A DNA stretch of 64,000 nucleotides from Opitutales bacterium (GCA_965226885.1 CBDDEL010000016.1:384001-448000); one strand, 5' to 3'. Counted from the stretch's first letter, positions 20,259 to 32,590 are shown. Numbers and translations are program-made. The notes: generated from the sequence alone by a model not told the origin.

Positions 20259-23165
20259 TTAAGCTTGGAAAAGGAGAGGGTTTTGCGTGTGAAACGACCC
20301 AGTCGTTGGCGCAGGGTATTGTTCCATCGTTCCACATGGGCCGTTTCACCGGTTTCTTTTCCCACGGAGCGGTTATGAGGAAAGACTTCATCATAAGTGC
20401 TCCAAAAGTCGCTGTAGGTGGCACATCTTTTGTAGGCCCGTGGCAGACGCTCGTAAAGTTCCCGGCAACGATACCAATCCCGAGGCCCAATGGCATAGGA
20501 GAGGATTTGACGGGTGCGTCGGCAAAGAGCGATCCAAACCCATTGGGCATCGCTCTTGCGCCCCACAAAAGACCACAGTTCGTCCAGTTCAATGACATCA
20601 TGGCGGCGGGCCGCAAGAATCGTGCTTTTGAGCGGTCGCAGCGATTGTCGTTTTTTTTAACCAACTCAAACCGGTGTTGGGACTCACCCCGAAGGCGCGC
20701 TGTAAACCGCGTAGACTGCTGCGTTCCTGATAGACTCGAAGGATCATTTCTTTTTGCTCTTCGGTGTATTTCACTGTGGGGTTTTCGCGGCTTTGTTTAC
20801 CACAATCATGGCAGCGGTAGCGCTGTTTATGGTTGGGCGTCTTGCCAAATTTAATGATATTTTCACTTCCACAGTGCCGACAATTAATAATTTTAGTAAC
20901 CATGCACTAAGAATAAACTGCCTAACGCTATTTGTACAGCTAAAAATACAAAATAACATTCTTTTTTTATACACTACCTTCAGTTTGTAAGCGCCGGTGG
21001 TTAATTCCTTCGCCTTACCGCGAAGATTTTGCGGAGGAGACTCATAAATTCCGTCATCCACTTCGATCACGTCACCGATTTCATCGACCAGTAGACTAAC
21101 GGCTCCATCATCTGTTTTAATAATCACATTCATGGGCACATCCTCCTTCTTGCGCTGTTTCAGGCCCAATCGGCGGCGCAGGTCAATGGCGGTGACGATT
21201 TGACCGCGTAAATTGATCAGACCCTTGATGACGGAATCGGCCAGCGGCACGCTCGTCATATCCTGGACGTTCTTTACGTTGATTCCGTAGAATTTTCCGC
21301 CTACATAAAAAGTACAATATTGATTCAATTCAGCCATGCTATTTCAAATTTGAAGATTAGTTTAATTGACTCCAATGGTCTCGTAGAAATTAGGATCGGC
21401 GGATTTTATAATTTCGGAAACATCAAGCAACTCCGTGACTTTTTTCTGTATAATAGCCGTGCCAATGATTCCCCGACGATTCATGCCAGGCTTCAGATCG
21501 AAGTCTTCTTCTACAATATCCTGGATGTTTTTCACGATCAAACCAACGCTCTTTCCATTTTCCGAATAAACCACTATTTTAAGCGCATCTTCCTCATTCT
21601 CGTCTCTTCTTGCCGATTGATTACCAATAGCATCGTCAAGGTTAATAAGGGGCAGGATTTCGCCTCTGTATTGAACTACGCTTCGGCTGCCCGCCAATTC
21701 CAGGGAATCGCTCGGAATTTCCTCCAACCGCGATATCGCGGATAACTGAATGGCCATGCGGGAAGAAGCGCCGGATTCAATGAGTAACAAACTCTGTCGC
21801 TCTGAGGCGGCCGTTTCCAATCGATTATCGGCTTCCTGCATGGATTTGTTATGGTCTTTCCCCAAAATTCTGGAGCAGTTGGCAATACCCATGACATCGA
21901 GGATGAGGGCGACTTGGCCATCTCCCATGATAGTGGCCCCGGCGTAACAGGTGATTTCTTTAAGTGTCTTCCCCAAAGGTTTGACAACGATTTCCTCGGT
22001 GTCGTTTATTTTGTCCACGACCAGACCAAATTGATGATCGTCTGCCTGCAAGACGACTATGCTGACCGATTCGTCCTGCAAGGACCCATTGCCGTTTTCA
22101 CTACCCGAATCCAATTCAAGTACTTCATCTAGAAAGACAATCGGCAGGAGGTTCCCTCTAAGACGGTAAACCGGGGTTCCCTGTATGAATTCGATAACGC
22201 TTTTGTTTTCCAGCCGGACCAACTCCAAAAGACTGACCTGGGGGATGGCGAAGCGCTCATCGCGGCAGGAAACGGTCAGGGCGGGGATGATGGCCAAGGT
22301 CAGGGGAATCCTGATTTTTATAGTGGTGCCCTCCCCCGGTTTGCTCAGAATATCTATGGAACCGCCAATCTTTTCGATGTTGGTTTTGACCACATCCATG
22401 CCGACTCCGCGGCCGGATACATTGGTCACGTTTTTCGCCGTCGAGAGTCCCGGCAGGAAGAGCAAGTTGGTTTTTTCCTGTGCCGTTAAGTTTTCGGCCT
22501 GACTTTCCGTTAGGAGTCCTAATTTAATGGCCTTCCCAAGTACGCGATCAAAGTCAATGCCTCCTCCATCATCGGAAATTTCTATATTGACCTTACCCCC
22601 CTCGTGAAAGGCTCGCAACAGCAACGTCCCCTCCTCGGGCTTATTCGCTGCCCGCCTCACGTCCGGCAATTCGATTCCGTGGTCGGCCGAATTACGCACG
22701 ATGTGGGTCAATGGGTCCTTTATCGCCTCAATCAACGTTTTATCCAATTCGGTTTCCTTGCCCTCCATCTCAAGGTTGATTTTTTTGCCGCATTGGCTGG
22801 CCAGGTCCCTGACCACGCGAGGAAATTTATTCCATATGTTGCCGATGGGCTGCATGCGGGTTTTCATAACTCCCTCCTGCAACTCGGTAGCAATCAAATT
22901 TAGGCGTTGGGACATGGCGCTGAAGTTGGCGTCTTCCTGGTTGGCGGTATATTGTAAAATTTGGTTTCGGGTCAAAACAAGTTCGCCCACCAAAGCCATC
23001 AAATTATCGAGTAGACTAACTCCCACCCTGATACTTCCTTCACTCACTTTGACCGCTGCAGTTTCATTCGGGTTGACGCCTAACTGAGTAAGTTCGATAG
23101 GTTCATCCTCTCCTTTGGCAGTTACATCCTTTACAGGTGGCGTAGCTGGGGCTTTGGTAGAAGCC

Positions 23166-23191
23166 GCTTCCTCATCTAGCTTCCTCATCTA
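23166..23191. repeat. 13-bp tandem duplication frameshifting cheA
   Basis: GCTTCCTCATCTA x2. Confidence 0.9.
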
Positions 23192-23365
23192 TCGGCTTCA
23201 CTTGCGGAAGGTCTATTTCCTCAATCGTTGGTGGTTCCTCTTTTTGTATTTTTAAAACAGCTACGGGAGCTGGAACGGGAGTTTCCTCGCCATCCTCTTC
23301 GGCCAAACAGGTAATCATTTCGATAAGCGATGAGTAATCGCCATCGCCCTCAGTCTTACTGCTAA

Positions 23366-24896
23366 CCCGGATATTTCGTAAAAAAAGTATCGTTGATATG
23401 CTTAACTGCTGATATACAGCAGGATAGATCAATAATTAAAGCTACAGTTGACAAGGGTAAAAGGCCGCCGTGTGCGGGTTGATTTCAAGGGCGGAGAGGT
23501 TACTTCGGATGCCGGACTGCTTTTGATCCGGGAAGTGGATCGGCAGTTGGGCTTGACCGAACGAGCGGCCCGACAGTTAGTGGACAAACGGCAGAAGGGC
23601 AAAGTACGCCATGAGGTATTGGGGATGCTGCGGCAGCGCGTTTACGGGCTGGTGGCGGGCTATGAGGATTTGAACGACTTTGATACCCTGCGCCACGATC
23701 CATTGTTGCAAACGGTAACGGGGCGCATTGAAACGTTGGCCAGCGCGCCGACTTTGTGTCGTTTTGAAAACGGGCAGGATCGGCGGGCGGCCTTTGCGGT
23801 AAACGAGCTGTTGGTCGAACAGTTCATGGGCTTCTTTGCCGAGGAACCCGAAGAGATCATCCTGGACTTTGACGCCACCGACAATCCGGTGCACGGGCTC
23901 TAGGAGGGACGTTTTTTCCACGGTTATTATGATCATTACTGTTTTCTGCCGCTATATGTTTTTGCGGTGATCAGCTGCTGGTGGCCTACCTGCGGCCGAG
24001 CAAGATCGATGCCAGCAAGCATGCCGGGGCCATCCTCAAATTGCTGGTTAAACGGATTCGCCAAAGCTGGCCCCGTACGCGGATTATTTGGCGCGCCGAC
24101 AGTGGATTTTGTCGAGACCGGATACTCTCTTGGTGCGACCGCAACGAAGTTAGTTACATCGTGGGGATGGCTCGCAATGCACGCTTGCAGCAAGACGCCC
24201 AGCAGTTGCAAAAGCAGGCCAAAGAATGGTTCGAACTAAGGGGTAAAAAACAACGGTTATTCCAGGACTTCGTCTATGCTGCCGATTCGTGGCGATGGCT
24301 GCGGTTGGTCATCCATAAAGCCGAACACACCGCACAGGGGTCCAACCCGCGCTTCGTGGTGACGAACCTGCCGGGCGATCCCCAGGAGCTTTACGACAAG
24401 GTATACTGTGGCCGCGGTGAAATGGAGAACCGAATCAAGGAACAGATGCAATTGTTCAGCGAGCGCACCAGCGCCCATCAATGGTGGGCCAATCAGTGGC
24501 GATTGCTCTTGTCGGCGCTGGCCTACACCTTGATGGAAGCCATGCGCCGGTTAGCCTTAAAAGGGACGAAGTGGGCGCGGGCCCAATGCCACACCCTGCG
24601 GCTCAAATTAATCAAGATCGGAGCGGTCATCGTGCGCAACACCCGAACGATTCACTTTCACCTAAGTGAGAGTTATCCTTGGGCCAGTCTTTTCAACCAT
24701 GCGGCCCGCCGATTGGTGCCAACCTAAAGGGTGCATTGGTGCTGCCCCCGGCACTACCGAACCAATGGGGGAAAGGGGGCAGTGTCTCTACACCCTGAAA
24801 AACACCTAAAAATCAAGACGATCTGCTCAAAATACAAAGAAATCCATCTCCAATAGCAATAACGAGCCAAACTTTACCCTTCATGAAATATCCGGG
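23366..24896 (+). mobile_element. IS1380-family element, copy A3 (defective, 1531 bp)
   Basis: TSD CTAA. A 35-bp deletion between AATTAAAGC repeats removes the ATG. Confidence 0.95.
23448..24727 (+). pseudogene. IS1380-family transposase pseudogene
   Basis: Start lost, CAG>TAG at 23901, -1 in a T run near 23960. Confidence 0.9.
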
Positions 24897-24953
24897 CTAA
24901 CGATATGATCAAGCATTTCCCGGACGGCGTCGCCCATGGACAAGAGGATATTG

Positions 24954-26286
24954 TGAAGTGGACGGGGTTGTTTGGACAATTTTGACGTGGGATTAAGGTG
25001 GAAATCGTGTTCATATTATTTTTTAAAAATATATTTTGTCCTTAGCCAAAGACGGGCACGCAGGTGCCCGCAAGCTGTATTGGCGGGGAGGTTGGTTTTG
25101 CTCCGATTGCATGGACTTCGGCCGGGGTCCGGTAGCCCAGGGCTTGGTGGGGGCGCAGGTGGTTGTAGAAGTCCAGGTAGCGGGCTATCCCTTCGCTGGC
25201 TTCCTTTGCCGTGGCGTATTCGCGCAGGTAAATGTCTTCATACTTGAGGGTTCTCCAAAAGCGTTCAACAAATATGTTGTCCAGGTAGCGGCCACGCCCG
25301 TCCATGCTGATGCGCACCCCGGCTTGCCCCAGCACCGAGGTGAACTCGCTGCCGGTAAACTGGCTGCCTTGATCGGTGTTGAAGATTTGAGGTTGGGCCC
25401 GCCTCAGAGCTTCCTCCAGGGCGAGCACACAGAAGCGGCTCTCCAGGGTGTTGGAAAGCTGCCAGCTCAACACGTAGCGGCTGAACCAGTCCAACACCAC
25501 GGTCAAGAAAAGGAATCCTCGGCTCAGCCGCAGGTAAGTGATGTCGCTGCACCATACCTGGTCGGGCCGCTCGACCGCCAAACCCCGCAGCAGATAAGGG
25601 AAAATGCGGTGCTGCCGGTGCCCCTGGCTCAAGTTTCGACGCGGATAAATAGCCTCCAGGCCCATTTGGCGCATGAGCCGCTGGATGCGGCCTCGTCCCA
25701 CTGCATGGCCCTCTCGACGCAGCCACTGGGTCATCCGGCGAGAACCAAAAAACGGATATTGGGTGTAGAGCTCATCCATGCGATGCATGTAGAGAACGTT
25801 CTGCTCGCACTGGGCACGGGCCCGATAGTAATAGCTGCCGCGGGCCAGCCCCAGCAACTGACATTGCCTGCCGATACTGATTTTTCCTTGAAGTGGTTGC
25901 ACCATCTTGCGCCTCTCACCAACCGAATTGTTCAGACTTTTTTTTTAGCCAATCGCATTCTACTTTCAGCTTTCCAATCTCCTGGTAAAGGTGATCTTTT
26001 TCCGTCTCGTTGTCCTTGCTGAGAGTCTGCCGCTGGCGCGAAAACAGCTCCGTTGCTCCCTGCAAAAGCTGCTTCTTCCATTGGGTCACCTGGTTGGGAT
26101 GCACCTCAAAACGACCGGCGATCTCGTTGATGGTATGAGCGCCCCTGATGGCTTCCAGGGCCACTCGGGCTTTAAACTCAGCACTGTATTGTCTTCTCTT
26201 TCGTGATTTAATAACATTCATAGGTTAGCGGATTTAGTGGTTCAAGACCACCTTATTCCACTGTCCAGTTTTCCCCGTCCATTTCA
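24954..26286 (-). mobile_element. IS3-family element C, copy C2 (in cheA)
   Basis: 1333 bp, 3-bp TSD TTG. Confidence 0.95.
25042..26221 (-). CDS. IS3-family transposase (OrfA 25916-26221, OrfB 25042-25905)
   Basis: Same proteins as copy C1. Confidence 0.93.
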
Positions 26287-26525
26287 TTGATGATTCCAAT
26301 ATGGACCTTCAGTTTACCGTCGCGAACCAGGCTGAGGAGGTTTTCTCCGGCATGGGCCAACTTTTCCAGCTTGCTAAAGGATAAAAAACCGCTCGTACCC
26401 TTAATGGTATGAACAGTGCGGAAAATACTGGCGATGGTTTCTTTCGATTCGGGGTCCTTTTCCAGAACAACCAAATCTCTGTCTAGTTGATCGAGGCCTT
26501 CAGTGCTCTCAATCATAAATTCCTG

Positions 26526-27327
26526 GGTAGTGTATAAAAAAAGAATGTTATTTTGTATTTTTAGCTGTACAAATAGCGTTAGGCAGTTTATTCTTAGTGC
26601 ATGGTTACTAAAATTATTAATTGTCGGCACTGTGGAGGTGAAAATATCATTAAATTTGGCAAGACGCCCAACCATAAACAGCGCTACCGCTGCCATGATT
26701 GTGGTAAACAAAGCCGCGAAAACCCCACAGTGAAATACACCGAAGAGCAAAAAGAAATGATCCTTCGAGTCTATCAGGAACGCAGCAGTCTACGCGGTTT
26801 ACAGCGCGCCTTCGGGGTGAGTCCCAACACCGTTTTGAGTTGGTTAAAAAAAACGACAATCGCTGCGACCGCTCAAAAGCACGATTCTTGCGGCCCGCCG
26901 CCATGATGTCATTGAACTGGACGAACTGTGGTCTTTTGTGGGGCGCAAGAGCGATGCCCAATGGGTTTGGATCGCTCTTTGCCGACGCACCCGTCAAATC
27001 CTCTCCTATGCCATTGGGCCTCGGGATTGGTATCGTTGCCGGGAACTTTACGAGCGTCTGCCACGGGCCTACAAAAGATGTGCCACCTACAGCGACTTTT
27101 GGAGCACTTATGATGAAGTCTTTCCTCATAACCGATCCGTGGGAAAAGAAACCGGTGAAACGGCCCATGTGGAACGATGGAACAATACCCTGCGCCAACG
27201 ACTGGGTCGTTTCACACGCAAAACCCTCTCCTTTTCCAAGCTTAAGAGTATGCATGAAACCTGTCTGAGACTTTTCATTCATCAATATAATCAAGAATTA
27301 GCCACCATTCCTACTTAATACACTACC
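26526..27327 (+). mobile_element. IS1-family element, copy D2 (in cheA)
   Basis: 802 bp, 8-bp TSD AATTCCTG. Confidence 0.95.
26601..27318 (+). CDS. IS1-family transposase (InsA 26601-26906, InsB to 27318; frameshift at A8)
   Basis: InsA zinc finger/HTH. InsB DVIELDELWSFVG..WVWIAL...SDFW..Y...TAHVERWNNTLRQ. Confidence 0.9.
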
Positions 27328-27446
27328 AATTCCTGAATGATATCGTCAAAATCTTCGTCCATTTTTTTTGAGAATTTTAATTATTAATGTGCGTTGACGC
27401 TATGACGTGTGCGAAAACCGGCCGCCACTTATGGCGAATGGAATTG

Positions 27447-27473
27447 ATATCGGAATAGGATCGTTTTACTTTA
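27447..27473 (-). promoter_or_regulatory. putative sigma-28 (FliA) promoter of the che operon
   Basis: Minus strand TAAA-N15-TCCGATAT (consensus TAAA-N15-GCCGATAA), ~85 bp upstream of the rebuilt cheA ATG. Confidence 0.5.
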
Positions 27474-27613
27474 AAAAAACTTTACCCATAGTCTCTGCGC
27501 ATTTCTAAGCGCCGAAGATTTCCCGGAAATTGACGAACCAGTGGGGAGGAACTTATGCGCCCCACGGCTAACCGGCAATAATCGCATCAGGCCATGCCTA
27601 TGGCCCGAAAAAT

Positions 27614-28489
27614 TTACCCGCAATAGACTTTCAACAAAGTGTCGGCAATGACCGAAGGGGTTTCCGCAACGGCGATGCCGGCCTCATTGAAGGCCGCGAT
27701 CTTTGCCTCCGCGGTGCCGCTGCCACCCGACACGATGGCCCCGGCATGGCCCATCCGCCTGCCCGCGGGTGCCGTCATTCCGGCAATAAAAGCGGCCACT
27801 GGTTTGTCCACGTGTTCCTTGATGTAGGCGGCCGCTTCTTCTTCTGCCGAGCCGCCAATTTCTCCAATTAAGATAATGGCCTCGGTATCCGGATCGGCGT
27901 TAAAGAGTTTCACTGCATCCAGGTGGGTGGTCCCGATTATGGGGTCGCCCCCGATGCCGATGCAGGTGCTCTGGCCGTGACCTCTCACGGTTAGCTGCCA
28001 GACGGCCTCATAAGTCAGTGTGCCGGAACGTGAAATGACCCCGACTTTGCCCGGTTTGTGAATGTAGCCCGGCATGATTCCCATTTTGCACTCGCCCGGA
28101 GTGATGATTCCCGGGCAGTTTGGCCCGATCAGCGCGGTGGAACTATCCTCTAGAGCTTGGTTCACCTGCACCATGTCTTTTGTCGGAATTCCTTCCGTGA
28201 TACAGACGACGACGCCCAAACCGGCATCAACGGCTTCCAGAATGGAATCCGCGGCGTAGGGCGGCGGCACGAACACGACGGACGCATTGGCGCCGGTCTC
28301 CGCCACGGCCTCACGCACACTGTTGAATATGGGCACTTTTTCATCAAAAACCCGCCCCCCCTTGCCCGGGGTCACCCCGGCCACGATTTGGGTGCCGTAA
28401 TCGAGGCATTGGCGGGCGTGAAAAGAGCCGTTTTTTCCCGTGATTCCCTGCACCACCACGCGGGTATTTTTATCAACCAGAACACTCAT
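27614..28489 (-). CDS. sucD: succinyl-CoA synthetase alpha subunit
   Basis: [39 protein letters not shown]. Confidence 0.97.
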   Translation of the reverse strand: MSVLVDKNTRVVVQGITGKNGSFHARQCLDYGTQIVAGVTPGKGGRVFDEKVPIFNSVREAVAETGANASVVFVPPPYAADSILEAVDAGLGVVVCITEGIPTKDMVQVNQALEDSSTALIGPNCPGIITPGECKMGIMPGYIHKPGKVGVISRSGTLTYEAVWQLTVRGHGQSTCIGIGGDPIIGTTHLDAVKLFNADPDTEAIILIGEIGGSAEEEAAAYIKEHVDKPVAAFIAGMTAPAGRRMGHAGAIVSGGSGTAEAKIAAFNEAGIAVAETPSVIADTLLKVYCG

Positions 28490-28526
28490 TTTTTAAAATT
28501 TAGGATGGAAGAAAATAATGACTCAC

Positions 28527-29714
28527 TTATTTGGCCGAGGCCAACCGGACGATTTTTTGGGCCGCCTCACCCAGGCTGTCAGCAGAGGTAATGGCCAGGC
28601 CGCTCTCGGCAAGCAGTTCCTTGCCCTTTTCCACGTTAGTGCCCTCCAGACGGACGACCAGGGGAACTTCGATATGGACCGATTTGGCGGCCCCTATGAT
28701 GCCTGCCGCAATCACATCGCACTTCATGATTCCGCCGAAAATATTGACCAGGATGCCTTCCACCTTGGGATCGCTGAGGATGATCTTGAAAGCCTGCACA
28801 ACCTGCTTCTTGGTGGCGCCGCCGCCCACATCGAGGAAATTGGCCGGGTTGCCGCCATAATGCTTGATGATGTCCATTGTGGCCATGGCCAGCCCGGCCC
28901 CGTTCACCATGCAGGCGATATTGCCATCCAGCGCTATGTAGTTGAGAGAATGCAGGGAAGCCTCGACCTCCTTCGGGTCCTCTTCGTTCAAGTCGCGCAA
29001 GGCAGCCACCTCCTTCTGGCGGAAAAGTGCGTTGTCATCGAAACCCATTTTGGCATCGAGGGCTTCCACATTGCCATCCTCCGTCAGGATTAGCGGATTG
29101 ATTTCCACCATGCTGGCGTCTTTTTCATCAAAAAGCCGGTAGAGGCACATGACGATTTTGACCGCCTGCCGGAAGGCCTTACCTTTGAATCCAAGACCGA
29201 GGGCAACCTGTCTGGCCTGAAAAGGCATCAGGCCGAAGCTGGGATCAATCGACACTCGCGTAATTTTTTCCGGCGTTTCGGCCGCCACCTTTTCAATATC
29301 GACCCCGCCTTCGGTGGAAGCCACGATGACAGGACGGGCGGTGGCCCGATCGATGAGAATGGCCAGGTAATATTCCTTCTCAATCCGGCTCGCCTCGGTA
29401 AAATAGACGGTTTGGACTTTCCGTCCGGAGGGACCCGTTTGATGGGTGACGAGTGTGTTGCCCAACATGCGGCCGGCGGCTTCACGGGCCTCCTCTTTAC
29501 CGCTCAGAACTTTAACCCCGCCCTTATAACCATCGGTAAAAACCCCTTTGCCGCGCCCCCCGGCATGGATTTGCGATTTTACCACCACAGGGCTGTCAGG
29601 CAACGAGGCCAGGGCCGCTTCAAACTCCTCCGCGCTTTTCGCAATTTGTCCATTGGGCGCGGGAATCCCATATTGCCGAAATAGATCCTGGGCCTGGTAT
29701 TCGTGAATATTCAT
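28527..29714 (-). CDS. sucC: succinyl-CoA synthetase beta subunit
   Basis: [48 protein letters not shown]. Confidence 0.97.
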   Translation of the reverse strand: MNIHEYQAQDLFRQYGIPAPNGQIAKSAEEFEAALASLPDSPVVVKSQIHAGGRGKGVFTDGYKGGVKVLSGKEEAREAAGRMLGNTLVTHQTGPSGRKVQTVYFTEASRIEKEYYLAILIDRATARPVIVASTEGGVDIEKVAAETPEKITRVSIDPSFGLMPFQARQVALGLGFKGKAFRQAVKIVMCLYRLFDEKDASMVEINPLILTEDGNVEALDAKMGFDDNALFRQKEVAALRDLNEEDPKEVEASLHSLNYIALDGNIACMVNGAGLAMATMDIIKHYGGNPANFLDVGGGATKKQVVQAFKIILSDPKVEGILVNIFGGIMKCDVIAAGIIGAAKSVHIEVPLVVRLEGTNVEKGKELLAESGLAITSADSLGEAAQKIVRLASAK

Positions 29715-29733
29715 AAGTCTATAACGGTAAAAA

Positions 29734-30486
29734 TCAGTCTTTTGATACAATTGAGTCTTCTATCACCTGATTTTGCAAAATCGTCAATTCGGCGATTCCC
29801 TTTCGGGCCAGATCGAGAAGGGAGTCAAGTTCCTCCCGGGAAAAGGAGGCTTCCTCCCCCGAGCCCTGCACTTCCACAAATTGGCCGGAACCGGTCATGA
29901 CTATATTGAAATCGGCCGCCGCGTCCCGATCCTCCACATATTCGAGATCCAGCATTTCCCGGCCCCGGTAAATGCCTGCGCTGATAGCCGCCACCGAGTC
30001 GGTAAAGGGATTTTCCGCCAATTTCCCTTCGGCCATAAGTTTGTCCACCGCCAGGCGGGCCGCCACATAAGCGCCCGTGATGGCGGCCGTGCGGGTGCCG
30101 CCGTCGGCCTGTAGAACATCGCAATCGATCCACAGGCTCATGCCGGGCAGTTTCCTCAGATTGGCCACGGCCCTCAGAGAACGTCCAATGAGGCGCTGGA
30201 TTTCCATCGAACGGCCCTCGACCTTCCCCCGTGTGCTGTCCCGCATTTTACGATCCAGGGTGCTGTAGGGCAGCATGGAGTATTCAGCCGTTATCCAGCC
30301 GCCGGGAATGCCTTGCTGGAGCATCCAGCGGGGCGCTTTTTTATCTACGGTGGCGGCGCAAATCACCTTGGTTTTGCCGAATGAAGCCAAAACGGAACCG
30401 CTGGCATGGGGTGCGATTCCGGGCGTGAGCTTTATTTCCCTTAACTGGTCAAGGCTGCGATTGTGGGTTCTACTGAATTGAGGCAT
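29734..30486 (-). CDS. rph: ribonuclease PH
   Basis: [40 protein letters not shown]. Confidence 0.96.
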   Translation of the reverse strand: MPQFSRTHNRSLDQLREIKLTPGIAPHASGSVLASFGKTKVICAATVDKKAPRWMLQQGIPGGWITAEYSMLPYSTLDRKMRDSTRGKVEGRSMEIQRLIGRSLRAVANLRKLPGMSLWIDCDVLQADGGTRTAAITGAYVAARLAVDKLMAEGKLAENPFTDSVAAISAGIYRGREMLDLEYVEDRDAAADFNIVMTGSGQFVEVQGSGEEASFSREELDSLLDLARKGIAELTILQNQVIEDSIVSKD

Positions 30487-30529
30487 GGCTTTTAGAGATT
30501 GGACAAAAGGCAGTAATTCAACCTAAAGA

Positions 30530-32590
30530 TCAAGACCTTTCAGCCAATTCTTCGGCATCTTCCGGTTCCTTCCATTTGCCGTATTCCTTGATTAATCCGA
30601 TCAACTCATCGACCGCCCGGTCTTCGGGAATGTGGAATTTGACGCATTGCTTGCCGCAGTAGAGGTTAACCTTGCCCGGCGCACCGCCCACATAGCCAAA
30701 GTCCGCATCGGCCATTTCACCGGGCCCATTGACGATACAGCCCATAATCGCGATGGTGACGCCTTTGAGGTGGTTGGTCCTTTGCCGGATTTTTTGAGTA
30801 GTGCTCTGCAAATCGAACAAAGTGCGCCCGCAACTGGGGCAGGCCACGTATTCGGTTTTGGAAATGCGCGCCCGCGCCCCTTGCAGCATATTGTATCCCA
30901 GAGCGGTGGCTCTGGCCAAATCGGCCTCGTTTTCAACGCTTATCAAATCGCCGATCCCATCGCAGAGCAAACTTCCCGATAAAATGGAAGCCTCCAGCAA
31001 ACGATTGCCGAAATAATTCCGGTAATCGACGCAGTTGTCTCTGTTACAGCGTATCCAGATGGGCGCAGGAAGATTCAAATCATTGAGAACCTGGGCCAGC
31101 AAACGGTAACAGCCAATCGGATGGATGTTTTTTGCAGGTTTCGAAAGAGTGAAAATCAATGCGGTCTCTCCCAGTGCTTTCAGGGTCGGACCCATCATGG
31201 CAAAAACCTCCGCATCGATGTCGAGGGCCGCGATCAGTCCTTTTTCCCGGGTAAAACCAACGAATTCTTCCAAACGGCTCTCCTCATCCGCCGTGAATCG
31301 GCGCAGGACAACCCATCCCGTCTCCGGTCGCCAGGGGAAATTGCGCAGAGGGTCGAAATCGAATCCTGAATCCAGTTCAACCACGAAAAACGGAACCTCG
31401 CCGCCCAGTTCCGATTGCAAATTTGAAAGGTATTCCAACTCCTCCGGTTTTTCCAATTTAACCATGAGTCCTTCCAGTTTGGCGTCCCGAAGCCGCGCTC
31501 CCACACTTCTGACACCCGCCCCGATATTCTTCCATTGGTGCAGCGGCTGTTGCGCCGCCACAATCACTCTCGGCGGTTCCCTTTCTGCCGCCGGGCATCC
31601 CGGCCCCAACAACAAAGGCACACTAGGCCGCCGGGCGTATTGGTAAAGATCGATAGCTTCCTTGACGACTTTCGTTGCCGGTGAGCCATCGCTCTTTTCC
31701 CACAGGCCCATGGCTTTTTCCGCCAATTCCATGGCCACCGGAATTTCCGCCACCGGGTCTTCCGTCAGGGAAACCCGTATGGTGTCCCCTAGGCCGTCGA
31801 AAAGCAGGCTGCCGATGCCGATTGCGCTTTTGATGCGGGCATCCTCCCCGTCCCCCGCCTCGGTCACCCCCAAATGCAGGGGATAGGCCATGCCCTCTTC
31901 ACTCATGCGAGCCACGACCAGCCTATAAGCCTCGATCATTACCTTGGGATTGCTCGCTTTCAAAGAGAGCACGATATCCCCAAATCCGTGGGACTCACAG
32001 ATACGGACAAACTCCAGGGCGGATTCAACCATGCCGGTGGGAGAGTCCCCATAACGATTCATGATACGGTCGGAGAGGGAACCGTGGTTGGTGCCGATGC
32101 GCATGGCTCGGCCGAGTTCCCGGCATCTTTTCACAATGGGCGAGAAATCCTCGTATAGGCGCTGCAATTCTTCCTCATATTGGCTGTCGGAATATTCGCG
32201 CACCTGAAACTTTTTCTTGTCCGCATAATTACCCGGATTGATGCGCACCTTTTCCACGTGTTTGGCCGCTTCCATCGCTGCCGAGGGCAGAAAATGAATG
32301 TCCGCCACGAGGGGAACATCGATTTTTGCCTCCCGCAATTTTCTGGCGATCGGTTCAAGGGCCTGGGCCGCTTTGACGTTTTGGGCCGTTATGCGAACGA
32401 TTTCACAACCCGCTTCCACCAGGGCAATCGACTGCCTTACAGTTGCCTCCACATCCTGGGTGGGGGTCGTGGTCATCGACTGGAGGCGAATGGGGTGGCT
32501 CTTACCCAGCGCCACATTGCCGATCATCACCTCGACGGTTTTTCTCCGCCTGGCGGCAAACCGGGATGGACAATAGGCAGTAGCAGTCAT
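30530..32590 (-). CDS. ispG: 4-hydroxy-3-methylbut-2-en-1-yl diphosphate synthase (long three-domain form)
   Basis: QSMT, PLVADIHF, RINPGN, RIGTNHGSLS, HLGVTEAG, ACPSCGRT, MGCIVNGPGE. Confidence 0.96.
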   Translation of the reverse strand: MTATAYCPSRFAARRRKTVEVMIGNVALGKSHPIRLQSMTTTPTQDVEATVRQSIALVEAGCEIVRITAQNVKAAQALEPIARKLREAKIDVPLVADIHFLPSAAMEAAKHVEKVRINPGNYADKKKFQVREYSDSQYEEELQRLYEDFSPIVKRCRELGRAMRIGTNHGSLSDRIMNRYGDSPTGMVESALEFVRICESHGFGDIVLSLKASNPKVMIEAYRLVVARMSEEGMAYPLHLGVTEAGDGEDARIKSAIGIGSLLFDGLGDTIRVSLTEDPVAEIPVAMELAEKAMGLWEKSDGSPATKVVKEAIDLYQYARRPSVPLLLGPGCPAAEREPPRVIVAAQQPLHQWKNIGAGVRSVGARLRDAKLEGLMVKLEKPEELEYLSNLQSELGGEVPFFVVELDSGFDFDPLRNFPWRPETGWVVLRRFTADEESRLEEFVGFTREKGLIAALDIDAEVFAMMGPTLKALGETALIFTLSKPAKNIHPIGCYRLLAQVLNDLNLPAPIWIRCNRDNCVDYRNYFGNRLLEASILSGSLLCDGIGDLISVENEADLARATALGYNMLQGARARISKTEYVACPSCGRTLFDLQSTTQKIRQRTNHLKGVTIAIMGCIVNGPGEMADADFGYVGGAPGKVNLYCGKQCVKFHIPEDRAVDELIGLIKEYGKWKEPEDAEELAERS

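Larger units (their letters stand above)
18615..20903 (-). pseudogene. IS1-family transposase InsA/InsB, interrupted
   Basis: InsA zinc finger C..C...C..C at 20598-20903. InsB (DELWSF..., ER.NNTLRQRL) is split by IS1380 at TTAA. Confidence 0.88.
18606..20978 (-). mobile_element. IS1-family element, copy D1 (802 bp) with nested IS1380
   Basis: GGTAGTGTAT inverted ends, 8-bp TSD TTCAGTTT. Confidence 0.95.
18531..21337 (-). pseudogene. cheW: chemotaxis protein CheW interrupted by IS1 (which carries IS1380)
   Basis: VPLAD..IKGLINLRGQIVTAIDLR, LLVDEIGDV. Removing 18606-20978 plus one TSD restores ...GAYKLKDKLLMTLDIDKIFEFSALNFK*. Confidence 0.92.
21362..27362 (-). pseudogene. cheA: chemotaxis histidine kinase CheA (Hpt-dimerisation-HATPase-CheW-CheW), hit by three IS plus a 13-bp duplication
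   Basis: Pieces 27328-27362 (MDEDFDDIIQE), 26287-26525 (FRTVHTIKG Hpt), 24897-24953 and 21362-23365 (HIVRNSADHGIE, SGRGVGMDVV) join in frame once the IS, TSDs and duplication are removed. Confidence 0.95.

Noticed and set aside
20771..21337. 188-aa CheW ORF, and similar ORFs 26253-26750, 42969-43589 and 59247-59522, as novel fusion proteins
   Set aside because: Read-through from broken genes into or out of IS ends.
30530..32590. Unusually long IspG
   Set aside because: The three-domain form is already known in plants and several bacterial phyla.
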